This document shows, piece by piece, positions 22,496 through 32,000 of a stretch of 32,000 nt of DNA (the stretch's first letter is position 1; the number at the start of each line of letters is the position of its first letter). The notes below the pieces were generated by a model that ran no database searches, was not told where the DNA came from, and saw only the letters and a list, made by a program, of their open reading frames with translations. The DNA is from Sedimentisphaera cyanobacteriorum (GTDB lineage Bacteria > Planctomycetota > Phycisphaerae > Sedimentisphaerales > Sedimentisphaeraceae), in assembly GCF_001997385.1 (NCBI RefSeq), contig NZ_CP019633.1, positions 2,220,001 through 2,252,000 of the forward strand, in the 5' to 3' direction. The translations under genes were made by a program, and so were the position numbers.

Positions 22496-25400
22496 ATTTA
22501 GCAGCATTCGCCCTTCGCAGAAGAACAGTTATGGTGGTGCTGATTATCCTCTTCACAGGCGCAGGGATCCTCTCATATCAGCGGATCGGGCGTCTTGAAG
22601 ACCCTACCTTCACAATAAAGACTGCTCTTGTATCAACGCTTTACCCCGGCGCTTCGCCTTCGGAAGTGGAGCAGGAGGTAACAGACGTGATAGAAGAGGC
22701 GATTCAGGAGATGGGAGAAGTAAAGGAGATTTACTCCACCAGCCGAGAGGGGCTCTCGGTGGTGTATGTTGATATGAAAGACACCTACACCCATGAGCAG
22801 CTCCCGCAGATATGGGATGAGCTGCGAAAAAAAATTGCAGACTCACAGCCCGAGCTCCCGCCCGGGGCAGGACATTCGGTAGTAAATGATGATTTCGGCG
22901 ATGTTTACGGCCTGTTTTTCGCAATCACAGGCGAAGACAAAACATACGCTGAGCTGAAGGATTATGCAGACCAGCTGAAAACAGAGCTGCTTCTGTGCAG
23001 GGATGTTGCAAAGATTGAATTCTGGGGGACACAGCAGGAAGTTCTCTATGCAGAGTTCGACAGGGCAAAGCTCTCAGAACTCGGGATAACCCCCGAGCAG
23101 ATATACGGCACTCTTCAGTCGCAGAATCTCGTTGAAAGAAGCGGGAAGGTGGAAATCGACGGGGAGTATGTACGAATAACGCCGACGGGAGAATTTCAGA
23201 GCGTTGAGGCGATTGAGGATCTTCTCATAGGCGGAGCCGAAAGTCTCGTTAAGCTTTCGGATATCTGCGAGGTAAAACGCGGATACATCGACCCGCCAGG
23301 AAATATGATGCGTTTCAACGGAGAGAAGGCTATTGGATTCGGGATATCCACCGTTGACGGCGGGAACGTTGTTAATATGGGCAAGGCCGTTGCGGAAAAA
23401 TTAAAGGCCCTCAAATCCGAACGCCCCGAAGGAATCGAGCTTCACAGAATATACTACCAGAGCAAAATCGTAAACGAAGCGGTGAACACATTCCTGCTGA
23501 ATCTTGCTGAGGCTGTAGCGATTGTAATCATTCTTCTGATGATTTTCATGGGCTGGCAGAGCGGCCTTCTGATAGGCGTGATACTGCTGATGACAATTCT
23601 CTGCACATTTCTCGGGATGTATTTGATGGATATAGACCTTCAGAAGATCTCGCTGGGTGCTTTGATTCTCTCTCTCGGTATGCTCGTGGATAATGCAATC
23701 GTTGTAGCAGACGGCATTCTCGTGAAGGTTGAAAAAGGCGAGAGGCGTGAAGAGGCTGCAGTTGATATGGTGCGTACTGCCGGCATGCCGCTTCTCGGGG
23801 CAACCCTTGTGGCAATACTCGCATTTACCGCTATCGGATTTGCCCCGGGCAGCGTGGGAGAATTCTGCAGGAGCCTTTTTTATGTAATGGCGCTTTCGCT
23901 TTCGATAAGCTGGGTGCTTGCTGTTACAGCTACACCGCTTTTCTGCATCTGGTTTCTTAGAATTCCAAACACTGAGGAAGGCTTCGATCCATACAGCAGG
24001 CCGATGTACAGAAGGTACAGACGTTTACTACATGCCGCGATAAAGTATCGCTGGCTTACTCTGGCCGCTGCAGGACTTGCCCTTGCAGGCGGTCTGTATT
24101 TTATGGGTAAAGTTTCTCAATCTTTCTTTCCGGATTCCACAAAGCCCTACTTCTACGTAAACTTCTGGAAACCTGAGGGAACTCACATTAATCGGACTTC
24201 CGAAGATATGCGTGTTATTGAGAAATACATATCCACAATAGACGGGGTTGAAAATGTAAGCACATTTGCAGGTGAGGGAACTCTGAGATTCATCCTTTCT
24301 TACGAATATCAAACCCCAAACTCAAGCTACGGCCAGCTTCTTGTGGAAGTGGATGACTACAAGAAAATTGACCGGCTTAAGGAAGAGGTGAAGAAGTATC
24401 TGGTGGATAATTTTCCGAATGCTGATCCGATGGTGCAGAAAATCGGGACAGGCCCGACAGTTCCCTATAAGATAGAAGCCAGATTCCGCGGGAAAGACCC
24501 GAAAGTCCTCCACAGGCTTGCGGACAAGGCAGTTGAAGTGATGCGGGAGAGCGCAGGAGCAAAAAATATCCGTAAAGACTGGCGTCAGAGGGTGCAGGTG
24601 ATAAGGCCTGAATTTTCGGAAAATCAGGCACACCGCATCGGTGTGAGCAGGAGCGATCTGGCCAGCTCTCTGCAGTGGAACTTCAACGGGCTTAGAGTGG
24701 GGCTGTACCGCGAGAGGGATGAGCTTATCCCGATCCTCTCCAGACCTCCAGAAGACCAGAGAGTTTCAGCGGAGAATATAGAAAAGGTTCAGGTATGGAG
24801 CTCCACTGCCAAAAGCTATTTCCCGATAAGGCAGGTGGTAACTGAGATTAAGCCGGAATGGGAATGGCCTATTATCGAGCGATTCAACAGGCAGAAAAGC
24901 GTAAAAGCCCAGTGCAATGCTTCGGGCAACACTGAAGCCCTCAGGCAGGAGATTGCAGAGAAAATAGAAGCGATCGAACTGCCCCCGGGTTACAGCCTTG
25001 AATGGGAAGGCGAATACGACAGCACGCAAGAGGCCCAGAACCCGCTCAAAAAGGCGTTTCCGCTTTGTATGCTCGGAATGTTTGTGATCGTGGTTTGGAT
25101 CTTCAACTCGGTTAGAAAGCCGCTGATTATATTTCTAACTATACCGCTTTCGGTTATAGGGATAGGTACAGGGCTGTATCTGATGAATGTGCCGTTTGGC
25201 TTTATGGCGATTCTCGGCTTTCTCGGGCTTTCAGGAATGCTCATCAAGAACGCAATCGTCCTTATTGATCAGATAGAGATAGACCTCAACTCAGGCAAAG
25301 AGCCCTACAAAGCTGTGCTGGATTCTTCTGTAAGCCGTTTCAGACCCGTGATAATGGCAGCCGGAACTACAATTCTCGGAATGGCACCGCTCGTGCCTCA

Positions 25401-25530
25401 GCCGCTGTATTCAGGTATGGCAGCGACTATAATGAGCGGGCTTTTCGCCGCTACATTCCTGACGCTTATCCTTGTGCCAGTGCAGTACTGCATATTCTAC
25501 AGAATAAAGACTGATGAAAGTAAACTGTAA
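22492..25530 (+). CDS. RND efflux transporter permease (AcrB/AcrD/AcrF family)
   Basis: 1012 aa with 12-TM RND architecture. Motifs: LEDPTFTIKTALVSTLYPGASPSEVE, LGMLVDNAIVVADG, GLSGMLIKNAIVLID. ATGA overlap with the adaptor gene. Confidence 0.95.
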   Translation: MNLAAFALRRRTVMVVLIILFTGAGILSYQRIGRLEDPTFTIKTALVSTLYPGASPSEVEQEVTDVIEEAIQEMGEVKEIYSTSREGLSVVYVDMKDTYTHEQLPQIWDELRKKIADSQPELPPGAGHSVVNDDFGDVYGLFFAITGEDKTYAELKDYADQLKTELLLCRDVAKIEFWGTQQEVLYAEFDRAKLSELGITPEQIYGTLQSQNLVERSGKVEIDGEYVRITPTGEFQSVEAIEDLLIGGAESLVKLSDICEVKRGYIDPPGNMMRFNGEKAIGFGISTVDGGNVVNMGKAVAEKLKALKSERPEGIELHRIYYQSKIVNEAVNTFLLNLAEAVAIVIILLMIFMGWQSGLLIGVILLMTILCTFLGMYLMDIDLQKISLGALILSLGMLVDNAIVVADGILVKVEKGERREEAAVDMVRTAGMPLLGATLVAILAFTAIGFAPGSVGEFCRSLFYVMALSLSISWVLAVTATPLFCIWFLRIPNTEEGFDPYSRPMYRRYRRLLHAAIKYRWLTLAAAGLALAGGLYFMGKVSQSFFPDSTKPYFYVNFWKPEGTHINRTSEDMRVIEKYISTIDGVENVSTFAGEGTLRFILSYEYQTPNSSYGQLLVEVDDYKKIDRLKEEVKKYLVDNFPNADPMVQKIGTGPTVPYKIEARFRGKDPKVLHRLADKAVEVMRESAGAKNIRKDWRQRVQVIRPEFSENQAHRIGVSRSDLASSLQWNFNGLRVGLYRERDELIPILSRPPEDQRVSAENIEKVQVWSSTAKSYFPIRQVVTEIKPEWEWPIIERFNRQKSVKAQCNASGNTEALRQEIAEKIEAIELPPGYSLEWEGEYDSTQEAQNPLKKAFPLCMLGMFVIVVWIFNSVRKPLIIFLTIPLSVIGIGTGLYLMNVPFGFMAILGFLGLSGMLIKNAIVLIDQIEIDLNSGKEPYKAVLDSSVSRFRPVIMAAGTTILGMAPLVPQPLYSGMAATIMSGLFAATFLTLILVPVQYCIFYRIKTDESKL

Positions 25531-25545
25531 TTGACAGGTAATATT

Positions 25546-26871
25546 ATGAAAATAAAAATCTCAGCAATTGTGATTCTAACAGCCTCGCTCTTTGCGGGAG
25601 AGGCAGATTTTGAGCTTCCGGCAGGCAGCCTCACCATCGAAAAGGCCTGCAAAATCGCCTTGGAGAATAACCCTCAGATTGATGCAGCCCTTGAGAGAAT
25701 CAAGGCTGCTGAGGCAATCGTTAAGCAGGCAAAGGCCTCAAACTACCCCTCCGTAAAGGGCGGGGCGGGATATCAGGCTCTCAATTCAGCCGAAGAGCCC
25801 GGCTGGGCTCCATACACCCATCAGCGTGAGGCCTTCAATGAAAAATCACTGAGCCTTGAAGCAAGCTTTCTCCTGTTCGACGGATTCGGCAGGAAGGCCT
25901 CAATACTTGAATCGAAAAGCTATTCCAAGAGTCAGTCTCAAAAGCTCTACGATACAAAGAGGCTGTTGCTTGAGGCTGTGAGCTCGGCTTTTTTCAGAGC
26001 CCAGCTTGCTGTTGAGAATATGGTGATTGCAAGGCAGAACAGAAACTTCAACAAACTGCTTGAAGAAGATGCTGAGAAAAAATTAGCCGCACAAACCATA
26101 GCCGCTTCCGAGGCGATGAATTTCTCAGTGAAGGCGCTCAAGGCTGAAACAGATTTTCTGCAGGCGAAGAAGAATTTCAGAGTGATAGCGGCTGCCCTGG
26201 CTGAACTGCTTGCTGTACCGGGTTCTGAGCTGCCCGAAAAGATGTACCCCATTCGTTCAGGAAAAGAAGTGAAATCAAAAAAGCTCAATACCGAAAAGCT
26301 TATAGCTGAGTCTTTAAGATCAAGGCCGGATCTTGAGGCGATTGATTATCAGATCGAGGCAGGCAGGCAGAATATCAAAAAACAAAAATCTGAGTTTGCA
26401 CCTGAGATAGCACTTGTGGCGGGAGTGGATTATTCAAAGACAAACGCCGGCGACTACGATCAGGATGAATACACCTCCTACATCGGAGTGAATGCAGTAT
26501 GGCAGCTTTATACAGGCGGCGCAAGAACGGGCAGAGTGAATCAGGCACGCTCTGAGCTCAGCCGGCTAAAACAGCAGAAAACCCTCAAGGTGCTCTCGAT
26601 TCAGTCTTCTGTGAGGCAGGCAGCGGAAACGGCCGAGATAAATTATCAAACCTGCCTTCGAAACAAAAAGATATATGAGCTCACAAAAAAGATTAGAGAT
26701 GATGTGGAAAAGAGCTACAAAGCAGGGGCAGTTTCTCTTACGAGGCTCAATGAGGCGCAGACCGATATGGTGAATGCTGCTGGCGCTTTAGAGGCATCAA
26801 AGATTCAGTACAGAATATCGCTTGTCGAGCTGAGCTCTCAAACAGGAGAGATCCTAAAGCAGTTTGAATAA
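25546..26871 (+). CDS. TolC-family outer membrane efflux protein
   Basis: MKIKISAIVILTASLFA signal peptide, then LTIEKACKIALENNPQI and a two-repeat coiled architecture. The track start at TTG 25531 is possible, but ATG 25546 is preferred (AGGT upstream). Confidence 0.85.
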   Translation: MKIKISAIVILTASLFAGEADFELPAGSLTIEKACKIALENNPQIDAALERIKAAEAIVKQAKASNYPSVKGGAGYQALNSAEEPGWAPYTHQREAFNEKSLSLEASFLLFDGFGRKASILESKSYSKSQSQKLYDTKRLLLEAVSSAFFRAQLAVENMVIARQNRNFNKLLEEDAEKKLAAQTIAASEAMNFSVKALKAETDFLQAKKNFRVIAAALAELLAVPGSELPEKMYPIRSGKEVKSKKLNTEKLIAESLRSRPDLEAIDYQIEAGRQNIKKQKSEFAPEIALVAGVDYSKTNAGDYDQDEYTSYIGVNAVWQLYTGGARTGRVNQARSELSRLKQQKTLKVLSIQSSVRQAAETAEINYQTCLRNKKIYELTKKIRDDVEKSYKAGAVSLTRLNEAQTDMVNAAGALEASKIQYRISLVELSSQTGEILKQFE

Positions 26872-27669
26872 TTATTCCTTCAGGCGGCTGCTTCGGGAGA
26901 GCCGGCCGGCCGGTATAAAGATTGGTATCCCGTCTCGGCTGGCCTTTATGGTTTCAACCTGATAGCTGTTTCTGATGTTTTCTTCTGTGAAGAGGTTTTC
27001 AGGCGAATCAATCTTTATCCCGCCCCAGCCGTCGAACATAAGCGAATAGTCTGCATACTGAATCGCAAGGTTTATATCGTGCATTATCACCGCTATGGTT
27101 TTGTCCTCCTCAACCTGAAGCCGCTTGAGGATATCAAAAATTCCCACCTGATGGCGCATATCAAGAAAGCTTGTGGGCTCGTCCAGCAGGAGAACGGGCG
27201 TCTTTCTCGCAAGAGCTCGGGCTATGAACACCCTCTGCCTCTCGCCCCCGCTTATCTTGTCGAGCGGGCGGTTTACAAGGTGGTTGGTTTCGGTGATCTC
27301 GAGCATATGCATAGCAACATCTCTGTCTTCAGGCGATTCAAAGCCGAATCGATCGAAACTGCTTGTTCTGCCCATCAGAACTGTCTCGAAAACGGTATAT
27401 CCGAAAGCAGGCACATACTCCTGCGGGACATACGCTATCCTGCCGGCTATTTGCTCAACCCTCTTTCCCGAAAGGCTTTCGCCCCCGCAGAAGAAACAGC
27501 CCTCAGCGGGCGTAAGAAAACCCATAATCAGCTTCATCAAAGTGCTTTTGCCTGACCCGTTCGGGCCGGTTATGCTCATAAAGCCCCCTGCGGGCAGGGC
27601 AAAGCTGAGGCTGTCTATAATATTCCAGCTGCCGTAGTAAAAGCTGATGTTTTCTGCTTTCAGTTCCAT
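26872..27669 (-). CDS. ABC transporter ATP-binding protein (FepC/BtuD/HmuV-like), no cognate permease or binding protein in the window
   Basis: Walker A GPNGSGKSTL, signature LSGGERQRVFIARAL, Walker B LLLDEPTSFLD, H-loop IMHDINL. Confidence 0.9.
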   Translation of the reverse strand: MELKAENISFYYGSWNIIDSLSFALPAGGFMSITGPNGSGKSTLMKLIMGFLTPAEGCFFCGGESLSGKRVEQIAGRIAYVPQEYVPAFGYTVFETVLMGRTSSFDRFGFESPEDRDVAMHMLEITETNHLVNRPLDKISGGERQRVFIARALARKTPVLLLDEPTSFLDMRHQVGIFDILKRLQVEEDKTIAVIMHDINLAIQYADYSLMFDGWGGIKIDSPENLFTEENIRNSYQVETIKASRDGIPIFIPAGRLSRSSRLKE

Positions 27670-27693
27670 CTTTTCCTTTGATGAGCTGTAAGT

Positions 27694-29004
27694 TTAATCT
27701 GCCTTGCCAAGCCTGATTTTAACGCTCTTGGCATGCGCATCGAGACCCTCAATCTCAGCAAGGCGGATTATATCATCCGCCCCCTCGCTCAGCATCTTTT
27801 CTGAAAAATCTATAATGCTCGAGGATTTCACAAAATCATTGCTTGAAAGCGGCGAGAAGTATTTGGAGCTCTGACGTGTTGGCAGTGTGTGGCTCGGGCC
27901 GGCAAAATAATCGCCCGCTGCTACGGGGCTGTATGGGCCAACGAAAATTGCCCCTGCGTTTTGGATTTTTTCTGCAATCTCCCTGCTCCTCCGGCCAAAC
28001 TGCACCTCGAGATGCTCAGCTGCAAAGTTGTTCGCAAAATCTATAACGGCCTTCTCATCCTCCACCACCACAACAGCGCTGTATTTCTCAAGGCATTCGG
28101 CTGTTTCGCTGCTTCTCGAGAGCCTGCTGCACTGAGCCTCAACCTCACTTACAACCTCTCTGGCAAGGCTCTCGCTGTAAGTTACAACGATTCCCGCTCC
28201 CGGATTGTGCTCTGCCTGGCTGAGCATATCAGCAGCTATCCAGCTGGGATTTGCATTCTCATCTGCCATAATCAAAACATCGCTAGGGCCGGCAAACGAA
28301 TCCATATCCACAAGCCCGAAAACCTCCTTTTTTGCAAGCTGCACGTAATCATTGCCCGGACCGGCAATCTTATCCACCTTCGGTATGGTTTCAGTGCCCC
28401 AGGCAAGCGCCGCCACAGCCTGAGCCCCGCCAATACGGTAAACCTCGCTGATTCCAAGCTCCCAGCAGAGCCCGAGGATTACCGGATGAATCGAACCCTC
28501 GAACCTCGGCGGCGAGATTACAGCTATCTGCTCCACCCCCGCTGCAATAGCTGGAACTGCTGTCATTATTACTGTGGAAGGAAGCGGAGCGCTTGCGCCC
28601 GGGATGCAAAGCCCCGCCCGCTTGAGCGGGGTGTATTTAACTGTCCCTTCCTGCGAGCAGCTGCCAACAAAAATGCGGCTCTGATAATCACGAACGTTCT
28701 CTATGCTCCGACGCATACTATGCAGAAGAGACTCGGGCAGATGCTCATGCGAAACGTGCATCGCCTCCTCAGACACGCGAAGCTCCGAGGGCTCGAAACG
28801 TATATTATCAAACCGCTCGGTATATTCGCATACCGCTTTATCGCCCCGTCTGCCAACATCCATAACCACATCACGCACCCGTCCCGCGATGTCCTGATTG
28901 TGAAGGAGGTATTCGGTCATTGAATGCTCTCTTCGAAGCCTTGCGAGCTTATCATCAAAATCGCTGTCTTTCCAGCTTGTAAGTATGCTGCTGAAGTTAT
29001 ACAT
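27694..29004 (-). CDS. hisD: Histidinol dehydrogenase
   Basis: IAGPGNDYVQLAKKEVFGLVDMDSFAGPSDVLIMADENANPSWIAADMLSQAEHNP, and EHLEV...GAIFVG. Confidence 0.95.
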   Translation of the reverse strand: MYNFSSILTSWKDSDFDDKLARLRREHSMTEYLLHNQDIAGRVRDVVMDVGRRGDKAVCEYTERFDNIRFEPSELRVSEEAMHVSHEHLPESLLHSMRRSIENVRDYQSRIFVGSCSQEGTVKYTPLKRAGLCIPGASAPLPSTVIMTAVPAIAAGVEQIAVISPPRFEGSIHPVILGLCWELGISEVYRIGGAQAVAALAWGTETIPKVDKIAGPGNDYVQLAKKEVFGLVDMDSFAGPSDVLIMADENANPSWIAADMLSQAEHNPGAGIVVTYSESLAREVVSEVEAQCSRLSRSSETAECLEKYSAVVVVEDEKAVIDFANNFAAEHLEVQFGRRSREIAEKIQNAGAIFVGPYSPVAAGDYFAGPSHTLPTRQSSKYFSPLSSNDFVKSSSIIDFSEKMLSEGADDIIRLAEIEGLDAHAKSVKIRLGKAD

Positions 29005-29109
29005 AATTATCTACTCCCACTGTATTTTCTTTTACTTGTCAACTGGCGGGTAAAATACACCGATTATAACAAACGGATTCGGCGCAATCTTGTGAAACAT
29101 TACCAAACC

Positions 29110-29964
29110 TCAATGCCCGTACACGGGGATTTTTAATTTGTCAGCCATGGCGAGTGTTTCGGGCTTATCGATTATGAATGTCTTGCCCGCTTCTACTACC
29201 ACGCATCCTGCTTTGTTTGTCTTCAGGGATTTTATGGTATCCGCCCCGATGCATGGCACATCAAATCTCATATCCTGCCCGGGTTTTGCGGTTTTTATCA
29301 GTGTCCAGCCTCCGCTGCGGCAGAATTTGCCCGCCCGGTCAATCATCTCGGCCGTGCCTTCTATCGCCTCCACAGCTATCACCTCTTTGTTCTTCACGGC
29401 GATCGCCTGCCCCACATCAAACTCCCCGAGCTTTTTGACGATATTCCAGCCGTATTCGATATCGCCCATCATCCTGTCGCCAGGCTTTGTTCGGGTCATA
29501 ACGCCGCTATCTGCGAGATGTTCTCTGCTGTATTGTGTGGAATCTATCAAGGTAATCCCTCCGGTTTGAAGTTCATCGGCAATTGCACTCAAAACTGTAT
29601 CATCCTGCCAGTCTGAGCGGAGAATTTTGGCAGTGATTCTCAGCACGCGCCAGTCCGGCAGGTACGAAAGCACAAGGTTTAGTATCCCCGCTTTGTGAAG
29701 GTCTGCCTTGGCCACTCTGCCAACCATTATCGTTTCTCTGGCCCCGAATCGCCTGAGCCATTTTATCCAAGCCCCGAGCCTGCTTATCGGGACAGGCCTG
29801 TAAAAATCGCAAAAATCCGCAAGCTCCGGTTCGGCATTGCCCGCAATAGCCACGCAGGCCGTCTTTTTGCCTGCTTTGCTAATACCCTCGGCTACATTGA
29901 AAGGAAGCCTTCCCTGCCCCGCAATCAGTCCTACAACAGATTCATCTGGCAAGCTGCCTGCCAA
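29110..29964 (-). CDS. lpxI: UDP-2,3-diacylglucosamine pyrophosphatase LpxI (DUF1009 family)
   Basis: VGLIAGQGRLPFNVAEG, DVGQAIAVKNKEVIAVEAIEGTAEMIDRAG, and FDVPCIGADTIKSL...GCVVVEAGKTFIIDK. Confidence 0.85.
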   Translation of the reverse strand: MAGSLPDESVVGLIAGQGRLPFNVAEGISKAGKKTACVAIAGNAEPELADFCDFYRPVPISRLGAWIKWLRRFGARETIMVGRVAKADLHKAGILNLVLSYLPDWRVLRITAKILRSDWQDDTVLSAIADELQTGGITLIDSTQYSREHLADSGVMTRTKPGDRMMGDIEYGWNIVKKLGEFDVGQAIAVKNKEVIAVEAIEGTAEMIDRAGKFCRSGGWTLIKTAKPGQDMRFDVPCIGADTIKSLKTNKAGCVVVEAGKTFIIDKPETLAMADKLKIPVYGH

Positions 29965-29966
29965 CT

Positions 29967-31004
29967 TTACTCCTCCCTGCCGGCCTCGAGGGCTTTTATT
30001 CGTTTCTCAAGCTGCCTTATCTGTTTGCGCATCTTTGGCACTTTTGGAAGCGAGACATACATTCTCTTTGCTTCGTTTTCTTCTAATGCCGGCTGACCTA
30101 TAACTCGTTTGCCGTCCGGAATATCGTCCATTATTGCAGATTTCCCGCCAACCATAACTTGATTGCCAACTTTAATATGCCCAACTACCGCAGACTGACC
30201 GCCTAAAACGCAGTACTGCCCGAGCTCGGCCGTGCCGGCAATCCCAACCTGAGGGACAAGCATACACCCGCGTCCGATTCGAGCGCCATGGCCGATAACC
30301 ACGCAGTCGCCGATTTTTGCGCAGTCGCCGATTGTCGTATCCCTCAGCGAACCACGCTCTACAGCTGAGTTCGCTCCTATTTCCACATCATCACCGAGGA
30401 TGACGCTTTTGATATGCGGGATCTTGTGGTGGAAGCCGTCATTCTCAGCGAACCCGAAGCCGTCCTGCCCTACAGAGCAGTTCGATTGCAGGATTACCCG
30501 GCTGCCTATCCGGCATTCCTCAAAGACAACAGCGTTCGGGTAGAGGATGCAGCCTTCGCCCAGCTGTGTTTCCCTGCCCACAAACGCACCGGGATACAGC
30601 ACGCAGCCCTCGCCTATGACGGCGTTTTCATCGATGAATACGTTTTCGTAAATCGTGCAGCCAGAGCCTATTTCCGCCGATTCGCTTATAAACGCTCTCT
30701 CGCTGATTGACGGGGCTCGGTGTTTTCTGTGGCCGAAAATAAACTCAACAATCCTGCAGAAGGCATAATATGGCGAACTGCATATAAGCTGAGCCCTTGC
30801 GTTTGTTTCCAATTCCTCCTCGAGGATAACTGCATCGGCCTTTGTATCTTTAAGAAATTTGAAATATTTTCTGTTCGAGAGGAACGTAACCGCACCCTCG
30901 CCCGCCTCCTGTATCGGAGCGGCTGTATGTATGATAGTTTCAGGATCGCCTCTTACCTCGCAGCCGAAACGGTCTGCAAGCTGCTGAACCGTATATTTTT
31001 GCAT
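29967..31004 (-). CDS. lpxD: UDP-3-O-acylglucosamine N-acyltransferase
   Basis: N-terminal YTVQQLADRFGCEVRGDPETIIHTAAPIQEAGEGAVTFLSNRKYFKFL, followed by a long left-handed beta-helix of hexapeptide repeats. Confidence 0.92.
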   Translation of the reverse strand: MQKYTVQQLADRFGCEVRGDPETIIHTAAPIQEAGEGAVTFLSNRKYFKFLKDTKADAVILEEELETNARAQLICSSPYYAFCRIVEFIFGHRKHRAPSISERAFISESAEIGSGCTIYENVFIDENAVIGEGCVLYPGAFVGRETQLGEGCILYPNAVVFEECRIGSRVILQSNCSVGQDGFGFAENDGFHHKIPHIKSVILGDDVEIGANSAVERGSLRDTTIGDCAKIGDCVVIGHGARIGRGCMLVPQVGIAGTAELGQYCVLGGQSAVVGHIKVGNQVMVGGKSAIMDDIPDGKRVIGQPALEENEAKRMYVSLPKVPKMRKQIRQLEKRIKALEAGREE

Positions 31005-31039
31005 ATAGCTTTTCCATAAATTAATTTTTGCAGTGCAAA

Positions 31040-31067
31040 TAGTATATACTGTTTAACCAAATTTTCA
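31040..31067 (-). promoter_or_regulatory. Putative promoter for lpxD-lpxI (TTGAAA-N16-TATACT on minus strand)
   Basis: TTGAAA at 31067-31062 and TATACT at 31045-31040, about 35 nt upstream of ATG 31004. Confidence 0.35.
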
Positions 31068-31134
31068 AGCAATTCAGCGCACACTGCACCGCTCATTTTC
31101 GTGCAGCGTGGCAGGCCCGGCGGAGATATTAGCC

Positions 31135-32000
31135 TTAAAGCTCAGCTTTAAGCTTTGCCTTTTCGAATTCGGCAAAATCTTGAAAATTCACTGTTTCATC
31201 ACTATTCAGATCAGCATTATAACAGTCATAATAAGTTGAACACACATCTCTGAGCCATTTAGCTGCCAAAAATTCAAGGTCATCCAAATTCAACTGCCCG
31301 TCATTATCTAAATCTGCCTGCGGGGCATAGATTTCAAATTCATAAATACTTGGCACAGTTTCGGCGCTGGTAAACAGCAGGCGAACTTTGTCAGATGATA
31401 CAGGCTCGAAAATATCCGTCTTTTCAGAATTGATATATCCTCCTGTGAAAGCGTCTTTCCAGCCATTGTTATAATACTGAATTTTGTAACTCACGATCCG
31501 TTCTCTGAATTCCTTTATCACGGTCTTTCCAAATGTAATCTTCTCGGGGAATTCAAATAACAGCCAAGAATTGCTCACATCTCCAACTCCCGAGTTCCAC
31601 CGGCTCTGGGAATCTCCGTCATTTACTTCTTCAGCCCCATAACCCACGCCCCAGCTGCTCGAGGCGCTTGCGACGGCTCCAAGTGCCAGATTTAATTTTG
31701 GCTCTGGCCTGACCGGCTTTGGGATTTCAGTTTTGGCAAATGCATCTATAACCAGCATATTACTGCTGCTTGACGGATTTTTCTGTTCGGAAACAAGCAC
31801 TCCCGCATTGTGATAACCAAAGCTCAGGTCATCGGACACATACAAAAGAGTATGCATTTCTCTGTCCGGGTTATAACAGTCCACACTGTCAATTTTTTGC
31901 TGTCCGAGGTATATATCCGCTATGCCTCCGTCCGTTCTTTTAGACCCGAAAATTCTGAAACCTTGGCCGAGAAAGCTGAAGCTCATCATCTCTCCGATCT
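31135..32000 (-). CDS. Secreted carbohydrate-binding protein fragment: discoidin (F5/8 type C) domain plus C-terminal dockerin-like module (N-terminus probably beyond window)
   Basis: NLALGAVASASSSWGVGYGAEEVNDGDSQSRWNS...WLLFEFPEKITFGKTVIKEF...YKIQYYNNGW (discoidin pattern). DLDNDGQLNLDD and DLNSDETVNFQD (dockerin repeats). The frame stays open towards the window edge. Confidence 0.75.
   Translation of the reverse strand, partial: IGEMMSFSFLGQGFRIFGSKRTDGGIADIYLGQQKIDSVDCYNPDREMHTLLYVSDDLSFGYHNAGVLVSEQKNPSSSSNMLVIDAFAKTEIPKPVRPEPKLNLALGAVASASSSWGVGYGAEEVNDGDSQSRWNSGVGDVSNSWLLFEFPEKITFGKTVIKEFRERIVSYKIQYYNNGWKDAFTGGYINSEKTDIFEPVSSDKVRLLFTSAETVPSIYEFEIYAPQADLDNDGQLNLDDLEFLAAKWLRDVCSTYYDCYNADLNSDETVNFQDFAEFEKAKLKAEL

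Noticed and set aside
27889-28923. 344-aa plus-strand ORF
   Set aside because: It is entirely antisense to hisD, whose identity is unambiguous. Long antisense ORFs are expected in GC-richer coding DNA, and the peptide is Arg/Cys/Leu-rich junk.
29063-29071. Extended -10 element (TGTTATAAT on the minus strand) as the hisD promoter
   Set aside because: It is plausible, but no acceptable -35 lies at the right spacing, and hisD may be read through from lpxI. It was left out of the feature list.

Overview
32-kb chromosomal segment with about 30 genes. It is probably from a PVC-superphylum bacterium (Planctomycetota/Phycisphaerae-like); this is inferred from dockerin-tagged secreted proteins, a DUF1080-type module and an LpxI-type lipid A gene. 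Left to right: a tcdA-like ThiF gene that runs off the left edge and is missing from the ORF track; parB with three consensus parS sites and no adjacent parA; a tightly coupled trio of THUMP RNA methyltransferase, an unknown membrane-anchored protein and trxB; an AT-richer two-gene islet (AlbA_2/Schlafen-like ATPase-wHTH protein overlapping a 584-aa transglutaminase-fold protein); a GH43-like hydrolase coupled to aroK; a dockerin-tagged trypsin-like protease; a repeat-rich 516-bp divergent intergenic region; a glycan-type operon (TIGR03960-like radical SAM, GT2, flippase-like UPF0104, methyltransferase, wecB) interrupted by a second AlbA_2 paralogue flanked by 13-bp direct repeats; aroF; an SRP (4.5S) RNA gene on the minus strand that no ORF track would show; a tetR-MFP-RND-TolC efflux operon; and a minus-strand block of lpxD, lpxI, hisD and an orphan ABC ATPase, preceded by a discoidin/dockerin protein running off the right edge. 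No CRISPR array, tRNA, rRNA, transposase or integrase was seen. The best candidate for something undescribed is the AlbA_2 + transglutaminase-fold gene pair at 5600-8699, together with the cassette-like solo paralogue at 15466-16632. Also notable: parB as assembled is frame-interrupted at a G4 run near its N-terminus. All family assignments come from motif recognition by eye, not database searches.
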